Of a stretch of 64,000 bases of DNA, positions 22,401 through 32,744 are shown piece after piece. The translations under genes were made by a program, and so were the position numbers. The DNA comes from Klebsormidium nitens (taxonomy: Eukaryota > Plantae > Klebsormidiophyceae), in the NCBI GenBank assembly GCA_000708835.1, contig DF237043.1, positions 124,001-188,000 of the forward strand, given 5' to 3'. The notes below the pieces were generated by a model that ran no database searches, was not told where the DNA came from, and was given only the letters and a program-made list of their open reading frames with translations. Each line of letters opens with the position of its first letter. Positions within the stretch are counted from its first letter, which is position 1.

Positions 22401-24562
22401 CCAGGAGCCCTCCACTGCCGAACCCCCGGCCTCTTCCGGCGAGGGCGGCGCGACGCGCAGGAAGGGCGCGCGCGCAGAAAGCGAAAGCGCGAGCGCAGAG
22501 GCGTACAAAGTGCCCGGGGGGAGGACGGGCCCATCGGGGGAGACTCCCGAGACCCTGTTCGTGTCCTTCGTGTGCGGGCTGCTCTTCGGAACGGCTCTCG
22601 CCGTGGGACGCATGTGCGTTTTCCATCCCTGCAAACAACTGGTTGTTCCATCTGATTCTCTTTCTGAAGGTATGTTGCAGTTGTGTTCTTTGTTCTCAAA
22701 GCTGCTTCTTCCAATTTTCTTCACAGCTGTTTTCGCAATCTATTCCGGTGATTCATGGTTGAGTTGTTTTGGACGACCTCACCAGTGAAAGTCATAAAGA
22801 GAGTTAGTTTTGAGGGTTAACTCTGCAGATCAATACTTGGCATCAGTACTTAGCATTTTGTCATTCAAGGGCGCTCCGTTCAGTACCGGCAACATGCTAC
22901 AGGACAGTGTTTCCTTTCAAGTCGCTGAAGTTTAGGCGAAGACCCCACTAGCGAGTAGTCTTACTCCGTTATGTTCGACTCTGGCAGGACTAACCCGGCC
23001 AAGGTGATCAACTTCCTGAACGTGGCGGCTGCCTGGGACAAGCGCCAGGGGGGGTGGGACCCCAGCCTCGGCCTCGTGAGTAACCGGACCCCCCTGGCCC
23101 GACCGTCCAGACTTATTTCTGAAGCTTTTGGGCAGAGTGTATCGGCATTTGCTAGCCTTCCAAAGGTAGAAGGGTTTGAGAAGATGGTGTTCTTTGATAG
23201 GAAGTCGAAGATGTTTGAGAGGAAAAGTAAGGGCGCTTTTGGCGCTTGGCGGGATCGCGCCAACATGCTTGAAGTTGTCAGAGCAGAACTGAATTTCCCG
23301 TGGGTTCAGTTCTCAGCCGCAAGTACTCGATGAAAATTCCCCATACATCCCATTTTATAGAATCATAGAGACTTTACAACGGAGATTACCAATCAGTTTT
23401 CAGGGCTTGTCTTCTAAGGCTTGAGTACGTAAATTCCACGCTAAGCCGACAGGAGCAATAAGTATGAGGAGTTGATGGAGGAAGCTGAATGCACACCACC
23501 TTTTCCCACCATTTTGCAGCTCATGTGTGCGGCCGTGCTGTTCAACCTGATCTCCTTCAACCTCATCCTCAAAATGCCCCGGCCGCTGCTGAGGGACAAA
23601 TTCGACGTGCCGCAGAGTAAGCCGTCGATCGCGCGTTTAGTCCATATGATTCTTTTCCGCGACGGTCCAACGGTTGCTCATGTTTCACGTCACTTCCACC
23701 TGAGCAACCCGTTCCATACACTTTCTTTTCGTATGAGAGCCACGAATGGCACACCTGAGTTGAGTTTCACGAGTGAAGGTTTTCAAGTATTCAACCAGGT
23801 AGAGTAGATTGAGTCGGCTGACGTTCCGTGCTTGTTACTTTGCTGCAAGCTTGATACAAACATCAGACACTGCATCTTACTCACTTCTCGAATCATCAAT
23901 TCGTCCGGGGCCTTCCAAAACTCCTTGCCCCAGAGTCGAGGGACCTTCACCTTTAGCTGACGCCATGTTGGTGACGTGGCAGATAAGCAGATCGACGCGA
24001 AGCTGGTGGTCGGCTCCGCTCTCTTCGGCGTCGGGTGGGCTCTCTACGGGGTCTGCCCCGGACCAGGCTTCATGAACGTCGGCACCGGCAGGGTGAGCAC
24101 CGCTCAGATTCCCGTTTTGGACCGCCATAGCTTCTTTTCAGCCAGGGGACTTCCTCGGCTTATCTTTAGGAGTACCCAGTTACTTTCTTCAGCTTACACA
24201 AACTCAAATCAGACTCTCGATTCGCTTTGTCGACTTGTATAATATTCTCCACGCACCTTGGGTTTCCCCTTTGAGAGTCGAGCAAGAACGTACTCTGAAA
24301 GCTCCGTCACGCTTACGAGTTTGGGCGACCATGTTGTCGCAACAGCTGATGACCTCGAAAAATTGGACTCGTTGGGATCAGGTGGGGCTCGTGAAATCAT
24401 TCCTTAGAGGACTGAGCGGAGAAATTCGTGGATGGCTGCCTGATGTCTTTAGACAAGCGCTGACGTCACCCTCCAATCTTCCGGTGGCTGCAGGTCTCGT
24501 TCCTGGCGTGGTTTGCTGCTCTGCTGGGCGGCACGCTAGTTGCCATGAAGCTCGTCAAGTGA
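19430..24562 (+). CDS. YeeE/YedE (Sulf_transp, TsuA/PmpAB-like) sulfur-compound transporter with two half-domains fused
   Basis: Exons 19430-19556, 20296-20465, 21338-21539, 22033-22118, 22405-22613, 22988-23075, 23520-23616, 23983-24092, 24494-24562, all phase-consistent. Family motifs: GGLLLGIA...[47 protein letters not shown]...[23 protein letters not shown]. An acceptor at 19419 suggests a further upstream exon. Confidence 0.9.
20625..21400 (+). repeat. Degenerate tandem array (6 units, 120-161 bp) of the acceptor plus start of YeeE exon 3
   Basis: cag|ctggccaacgggtgc-like units with CAG ending at 20644, 20805, 20925, 21083, 21211 and 21337 (the real acceptor). Confidence 0.85.
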
Positions 24563-25763
24563 CGTATCTTTGCGAGTCCACACTTATGGATTCGTGGTAC
24601 TCTGTGGTAGTCTGTGATACTTTGAGCGCTTAGTCGCTAGGCACTTTGAGCGCTTAGCAAACGTGGTGTTAAAAGTAGGCGATGCAGTAGATACGCGATG
24701 ACAATGGTATGCGGCTGAACGGGCGTTTCAGCGGCGACAAGGTTACCCGAAGGTAGAGCTGGCGGTTTTTAGAACAATGACTTCGCGTTTGCACAAGGTG
24801 GGTTCTGCACAGGAAAGAAGGCCGGAAATGTCAAGAATACGGTTATCTCGACAGGTGGGTAGTCTTGACCTCCCCCCCGTTCGGTGCATCCTTGTCTGGG
24901 GGTTTGGGGGAAAGGTACAGTTTGAAGCGAACGATCTGTGGACTAGCTTGAAGGGTGCATCAGTCTCATGGAACATGATGGGCGTCCGCGATGCATGAAT
25001 TAGTGAAGAGCTGGTGGTATTTGGCATGGCAACATGCATTGCATGGCTTACTTTTTCAGGTCAGATGCCATCCAGCAGAGTGCCCGTATCCATCCGCAAA
25101 GTGCCTGTACGTTGTCTCATGATTGACTCCTCGTAACTACAGTAACGGGAACATCATCGGCACAAGAGAAGTGATTGTGGGCTCGTGCACCGAGAAACAT
25201 GCCGTTAGCTTCGAAGCAAGCAGACGCTTTTTGTAGTATGTGACAACACGCTAGCAGGTTCTGCGCGTGGGCCGTCAGATTGGCCATGCATCATGTCAGA
25301 TGCTGGGGCAAATAGATCTCCGCATAAGTCTATCCGCACGGCTGCGTGCAATATTGAAGTGTTCAACATCAACGCCTGGAACCAGATGCATTTCAGGTAA
25401 TTTGTAGTGTGATTATGCACGGTAATCTAGCCCGTGCCCACGCTTTTGCATAGGCTGTTGACTATAGCCTATGAAATGAGTCATCTGTGTCGGCCTGTGA
25501 GTCAGGGTTAAGCTTAGTTCACGTCCGCGTGTACCTTTCATGACATACACCAGCGCTTGTGGGACGTCGTGGCTCTCATGTCACTGGCCGGAGTCATCTT
25601 TCTCAGCTAGCATATGATGGCTTGACAACTGGCACCATATAATCCGGCACTTGTCAAATGAAAGGGGTTCTAAAAGATGACAAACCCCAATCAGAGTGAA
25701 GCTCCGCAGCACGACGTAAAGCAGGAACTCACTGAAAAATTTTCCTTGCTCTTGTCTGCTTAT

Positions 25764-26090
25764 ACTTACGCTCTACGTTGCTCCTCCCGCAGATGCTTAA
25801 AGTCCGCGGACAGCTCCTCATCTTGCAAAGACGTTAGCGTTTCCATATTCAATTCTCAAAGACGCACACGCTTTTGTAAGTTGGTGTCCTCCTCCAATGC
25901 CTTGAGCCGCTTCTCCGTCAGTATAGCCCTACCATCTTCTTGTTCCCGTGGTTTTACGGGACGGCATTTCTCCTCCCGTGCACGCTTCTTCAGAATTTCC
26001 ATTTCCGCTTCAAAAAGCTCGAAGAGCTTTTGCGTCGCTTTCAGCTCCTCCACCAGCTCCTCCAGCCGATCATTATATTCCTCATGCGCC
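25764..26090 (-). pseudogene. Coiled-coil-like ORF remnant with an in-frame TGA
   Basis: MAHEEYNDRLEELVEELKATQKLFELFEAEMEILKKR...LQKRVRL*ELNMETLTSLQDEELSADFKHLREEQRRA: the helical E/K/L-rich composition continues in frame past the TGA at 25856-25858. Boundaries are approximate. Confidence 0.35.
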
Positions 26091-26806
26091 ATCCGTGTGA
26101 TGAGCACTGTGTCAATGGTCACATGAACAAAAAGCAAAAGTCCTTTCCGAAAAGATCACCGCCGGCCCAGGTCGCGTCGGGTCATCCATGTCGCGGCCGC
26201 ACCCAGGGTTAGTGAGGGTTTAACACGAGCTCATGCAGATGTAAATAGGCCCGCGGGGCGGCCGCGGCTCTGGCACTTGCTCTTACTTCAGTTGCATCTT
26301 GTAAAACTTACATCAGGCTTGTTTACGTCCGGCATGATCGCTATTAATATGTTCTGGCTGATCATGGATCAACATGTACAAACCTAGAAAGGGGCGTGAT
26401 CATGCAGCGCACATGCAAATGTTATCCCGACCGGACGTGCCTCGTACTGAGCTAGACGTTATCTAGAATTCGCTTGTGCGGACATATGTATCTGCTTTTG
26501 TGGCCGCCGTTATGTTGCGGACATGTGTACGGTGACTCCGCGCACATATGATGCCGGGCATGTGCTTATAATCGCAAGTCAGCATGGGTCGGACTGAAAG
26601 CAGTTGTCATTTCTGTCACTATATGAGCAACGACTCGTGTGCACAAGTGCGCACAAGTGCAGGCTAGTAATGGGCAGTCAATACGCAGATGCACGCTTAT
26701 GGAGCTGAGAGTGTGTCGAGTGCCGATTGCCACCAGGCACCTTATCGATAGAATGATTACAGGCCCGCCAGCCTTCTTAACGAAGTCAGAGTCACTAAGA
26801 TATCCT

Positions 26807-29800
26807 TCATCCGACTAGCTGAGCCACAGTCTCGTTCTGAGAGCTCGCAGCCTCCTCGTTTGCCGCTTTCTCCCGCATAATTGCGAGCCCTTTCTCGCGA
26901 TTCAACCTATGCCGCTCCTCTCGCTTCTGCGGGTCATTCTTTCTCCTTTGTACCTCTAACCAAATCAGCAGATTCGTTATGTCGGCCGACCGCACCCCCC
27001 CTATCCTAGTTGCCTGGCCGATCGTCAGCGGCCGAATCTTAGTCAGCTTTTCCCGCGCTTCCATGCAGATCGTGCTGATCGCAAAGTAGTCGATGTTGTC
27101 CGGAATTCGTTTGTTTTGCTTGGACGTCACGTTGTCCATCTGTTGCTGCTGCCGCGCTATGAACCCCGAGTACTTGATATCGATCTCCGCGCATTCCTTT
27201 TCTACACTAGAAAGAGCTCCGTTTCCGTACCCGTATTCGTCCAACATGTCGTAGTGCAAATGAGGGCGTCGAAGGACCTCTTCTAGGGTTACTTTTCGGT
27301 TTATGGGCTGTTTCGACTGCTCGATAACGGCTTGGCCCAGGGGCGTAGTTTCCTCGATGCGGGTTGATGCTAACCGCAACTTTTCCTCAGCAATCCGGCC
27401 CTGCTTCTCCTCGAACAGCCGCCATCGCCGTTCATCAATGAGGCCCTGCAAATTTGACAAGGGCACGGGGTTACGGATTGACCAAGAAACACCCTTGTGA
27501 ACCACAGCGTCGAACATTTATACAGTCTACTGTGAGTGCCCACTTCTGCAGTCATACTTGAGGCGTCGAAACAAACAAATACCAAGATCAGAGTTGACTG
27601 GTGTCGCACGATTGCTGACCTCCCTGCCACGTGCCAAGTCGGAACCAAAAACGTCGGTGCGTCCACTTTGCAAGGCAGTGATAAGCAATCTGAACGACTC
27701 GGATTGCACGTTTATATAGTCACAATCGTCCAGAGAAGCGCAGTGAATACGTTTTCTGCCACGTCTCAAAGCGGCACGGGGACCGTCTGATTATCCCTGT
27801 CAGCACACCCCCTTGGAACCTTTGTGGGCTGTCAGATTTGGCAGCGACCGCCCTATCAAGCATCTGATCCAAACGGGATGAGCAAAGCCTTACAAGCAGA
27901 ATGTCAACCAGTTCCAGGTTGTCAAACACCGGGAAAAGGGCTCTGACTAGAAAACCTAGAAAAGTGACTGGCCTAGAACACTGAGTCATGTTACGTTTGA
28001 CACCAGGCATCGCCCGAGCCCGTCCTCACCACTTCACGCCCGAGCGGTGTCAGGCGGCAGTCTGCGTTGTCTGACCGCAACAGGAGTCGATACTCCGAAC
28101 GGCTGGTGAGCATGCGGTACGGTTCCCGCAGGTCCTTTGTCACCAGGTCATCGATCAGCGTGCCCAGATAACTGCTCTCTCGGGGGAGCACCACCAGCGA
28201 CTTTTTGGCTGCCAAAAGCGCCGCGTTCATCCCGGCCAGGATGCCCTGGGGAAAGGAACAAGCAGATGATGGGGCCTTTTTAAAGGGGTGGTCGGAACTA
28301 GAAACGAAAAGGCAAATTGGACTTTCCGGCGGCCAGAGGGGCTGCGTTTATCACGGCAGAATGCTCTCGAGAGGTGGAAAAAACCACAGTTGAATTGAGG
28401 AGATTGACCAAAAGGAGGAAGAGCTTGGAACGAGAAGAACCGGGGAGGTCAGACGAGGAAACTTCGATGATGGAGGTTGAGCAGAAGTAGGTGGCATTCC
28501 CTGAGCGGCACTCGTAGCCTGCCTGGCAAATTAGGAGATCTTGCAGCCAATCTGGAAAGTTACAGTGAAGCCGCTTACTTTGAAAGAAATCGGGTCGCTA
28601 CGGGCACAACAAGCGCAAAGTGAGAAAATAAGATTGAAATTCGCAGAGCCAGCACAGGCAGCAGAGGCTGCCAGAAAGTACTTACCTTCTGAGAGTGTTA
28701 TAGCTTCAAAAAGCAAAAGTTCCGCAAACCAAGCAGCGGCAATAAGCGCCCACCTGCGCGGCCGCCTCCTCATAGCCCGTCGTCCCGTTGATCTGCCCAC
28801 TGAAGAACAGTCCCTCCACCTTCTTCGTCATGAGCGTCGGGTGGCACTGGTGCGCCGGCAAAAAATCGTACTCGACTGCGTACGCCGGACGGAGCATGGA
28901 CACGTTCTCGAGTCCGGGAAGCGTCCGGAGAAGCGCCAGCTGGAGGCGTTCGGGTAGGCCCGTGCTGAAGCCTTGCACGTACAGCTCGGGCGTGGAACGG
29001 CCTTCGGGCTCGAGGAAGATCTGGTGCGACTCCTTGTCCTTGAAGCGCACAATCTGATGGGGCCAGAATTTCAGTGTCAGAGTAACAACGAAGTCGCAAG
29101 GGCCGAAGGTGAGGGGTTGAGTGTCATAAAGATTCTCGAACGCGGCCGATCGTGCGGAACGGGAAGGCTGATCATGGCGAAAAGGCGGCGCTAATGGTCA
29201 CCGGCAAAAGATGAAATGCTGCTATAGCTCTTTCCGACCAATCCCCTAGAACCTCTATTCAGCAGCAGACTGACCGACTCACTCTAGTAATCACACCAAA
29301 ACTAGGAAGTTGGTTGGAAATTAGTTTTCACCTCAACGGATACATAAGAGTTGCAGAAAGCTGACACCTTCAGAGCGCCCCTTCCTGTACAACGTCCGAT
29401 ATATAGACGCAAAGATGATGCCGAGAAGAAGAGCTTTCGGATGAGTAACTACTCGTTATGCTCTTTGCCCCTCGATTCTGTTCACTTCGCTGCCTTCAAC
29501 TCTTGGAATCTCAATCACCGCTCAGCCCTTTCCACGACTCTCACCTTATCCTCAATAGACGGGCAGTAGCGTGGCCCCTTCGCATCCACCCACCCGCCAT
29601 ACGTCGGCGTCTCGTGCAAGTTATCCTCGATCAGCTTATGTGTTGCCGCCGTAGTTCTCGTCAGCCAACAGCTCATTTGTTCCAGCTCTTGATGCGCCTC
29701 CGGGTCGAAGCTGAAATAACGTAGTTCGTCGTCTCCGGGCTGTTCCGTCAGGTGCCGGAAGTCGACGGTGCGCACGTCGACGCGGGAGGGAGTGCCCGTC

Positions 29801-32148
29801 TTGAGGCGGTCGGTCTCGAAGCCGAGGCTCTGGAGGTGCTCCGTGAGGCCCTGTAGAGACAAGTGTGAGCAAACGAACTCAGGTACGATAAAAGCTCAAA
29901 TGAGTGGAAACTTTCCAAGGATACCTACAAGAGGCTAGAGGCGATACGAGCGGGGAACAACCCGAGCACAGGTTTAAGGTTGTGACCAGCAGCTCAACGG
30001 CACCGCGTCAACATTATTTGACATGCCAAAGTTGCATTAGCAACAGGGACGCTTTGACACCCAAATTCAACTGTAACAGTGCTATCAAAAGCTTTCTTCC
30101 GTTTCGTTCAAATCCGTGTCCACTTTCTTACAGACAATGTACCCACCTGCCGCATAGACCCGCAAAGATGCCAGGGAAAATCCGACCCTTACATGGACTT
30201 GCACCCGCGAAAAATTAGTATTCTAATCCCCAGACTCCGCATGCTTACCACGGAGGCCCCTTCTCCTGCCCGGCCCGCCGACATCGACTTGCGCCCCACC
30301 CAGATGGTGCCGTTCATGAACGTCCCGGTGGTTACGACCACCGCCGGCGCCAAAAAGTCCATTCCGAAGAAGGTCTTGACGCCTTGCACCTCGTCGTTAG
30401 GGCCCACAATGAGCTCGGTGGCCATTGCTTCGCGGATGAACAGATTCGGCGTGCTGCAGGGGGACCGAAAATGAGCAGTCAGACACTCGGAACCAGGTTC
30501 CGACAAGGTATGCGTCAGATGCTTGGGCTAGTCAAGAGCTGAGAACTCGGTTGAAACTTTGACCAACTTCTAAAGTGGTATGCAAGAAAAGTGGGAAGGC
30601 GAAACGGAGAACAAACGTAGATAAACACAAGGCCTGAAGTGCTGCATCATCCAAATAGTGAGTCATTTTGGCCCCTAACGATTATTAGTAACATTCTTTG
30701 AAATCTTTACCATCTGACATACAAAACCGTTCAGGAGGGTGAATAGAAGCGGGTGTGCACGTAATGAAAGAGCTGGAAGTTTGAACTTCGCATCTCCAGC
30801 TGCCGCATCACAAGCAAGGCGGCCAGACCACAAACGGATCTTGGTGAAGTCGATGATGGTACCAGATTTACGGCAATGTGAGAAAGATCTGCAACATGTT
30901 GAGTGGGCCTCACTTCTCTACAACTGTGCGCATCTCCTGTGCGTACTGCTTCTTGTCCGTCTGTGCTCGCAGCGCCCACACGGCAGGCCCCTTGGAGCGG
31001 TTCAGGATGCGCTTCTGAAGGTACGTTTTGTCGGCCATTCTGCCAATCTCGCCCCCAAGGGCGTCCACCTGATAGAGAAGCAGAGTGCTTCAGCTTGGGC
31101 TCTCTTGGTGATCTGATGTTTCCTCTCGTCAGTGCGATGCACTGAGACGTTGGCCAAGGGATGCAAGCAGAACCGATGGCACTGGGTTCAGGCTTTCCCG
31201 CAACTTCGAAGAGATGGGAAAACATTGCTTGCAATCTCTTTTCACAGGGGCACAGTATAACAATGCACCTTAGGAGCCAATTTCAATATTTGCAGAAAGT
31301 GCCAAAGAACGAGCGCATTGCAGGATCATAAGAGCGTGACGTACCTCATGAACCAGCTGGCTCTTGGCAGGCCCCCCGACGGCCGGGTTGCACGGCTGCC
31401 AAGCAATCCTGTCAAGATTGAGCGTCAGCAGGAGCGTTCGCGCCCCCATCCTCGCAGCCGCAAGCGACGCTTCGCACCCTGCGTGACCACCTCCCACTAC
31501 AATTACGTCGAACCTCTCCTCATCAGACAGAAACGTTGGCGGTTCTGGCTTGACCCCTGTTTCCGAGGAAGGAAAGCTGCCAGCAACTGTGCTTGCTTCT
31601 GGAGAAGTTCGGGTCGTGTCGGAGGGAGTGGAGGATGAATCATGAGGGGGAGGTTCGGCGGGGCGGCCGGATGGCCCCGCAGGCTCTGTACCGGTCTGCC
31701 CGTCTGCGCGGAGGTTCCACCCACGAGCGCTGACGTCATCGCTGACTGCATGGGTGGCAAAGGACCTGACCGCAGGCCTTATTTTTGTGGCAGGCTCCTC
31801 TGAGAGCATCTGTCTGCTGGCTTCAAATGATGAGAAAGAGTGCAGTTTGGCTGGGGACATATGCTGGCGGCATTGAAGGCCACATGCTTCTCCCCAAACC
31901 CTAAAACTGCCGCTGCTGAGCGTGGTGATTCGTGCTTGAACCTGCAGCTTTCTTTTTGAAAGGAAAGAAGAGTTGACAGGGCAGCTTGACACAATCGAAC
32001 CTTCCAACAACGAGGCGTGCTTTGCAAGCCGAGGTTGCTGGGCGCCGGGGCCCTTGCGAGCGGACAAAGACGCCATGCTGTTCACCAATCGTCTTGCACA
32101 GCCCCTCACCGCTGGAGAACGCAGAGAGATGGCTTGCATACCGTCCAT
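26807..32148 (-). CDS. mnmG: tRNA uridine-5-carboxymethylaminomethyl(34) synthesis enzyme MnmG/GidA, organelle-targeted (probably plastid)
   Basis: Exons ~32148(start uncertain)-31345, 31068-30914, 30453-30249, 29850-29545, 29053-28754, 28245-28030, 27445-26807. Motifs: [103 protein letters not shown]. Long S/A/R-rich N-terminal extension resembling a transit peptide. Confidence 0.96.
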
Positions 32149-32744
32149 TTGCAGAACGCCCTCAACAATTGTCCGCCATTTGCAACGAAGTCTGCTCGAC
32201 CATTTTTGAAGTGGAAGTTCATCAGTTCCCCAGCCGCCAGCCAATGAAGGCAGATCCGATTGTGCACGGGAATGCTTGGCCGCTAACTGGATCATTACCG
32301 CTCTGTGTCTAATTGCAGAGAACGGTATCTCGGAACTCCACAATCCCGGCCGGACACTCGATGAATAGGTCTGAAGCGTGTCTGATAAGTGGGGACCGGC
32401 ACGTTCCGGCAACTTCCGGCCAGGCTCTGAGCTAGCAAATTTCTCTCTTCGGTTGTGATGCGGTATGCACCTTCTCTCTAGTTGCTCCTCCTGGACCAGC
32501 TCAGCGCTGTACATGCTGAGCTGCGGCCGGGGACCTCAGACGTCACATTGTCCTTTCCTAGACGTCACATGGTGTTCTTCCTCCTGTTCCTCAGGTGCTC
32601 CTGCAGTTGAAGAAAGGCAGAAAGCAAGGACGTGGCAAGGAGGAGGCCCGGCGAAACGAAGGTCAGTTTTGCCCTGAGAACGAGCTCTGGTCAATGAGAC
32701 ATGGGCGCTTAATCCTTTCGCTTGGCAGAGCGGCGAGATTGAGA

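Noticed and set aside
22905-22914. CAGTGTTTCC matching the MITE TIR inside a YeeE intron
   Set aside because: No partner inverted repeat or TSD was found; probably chance.
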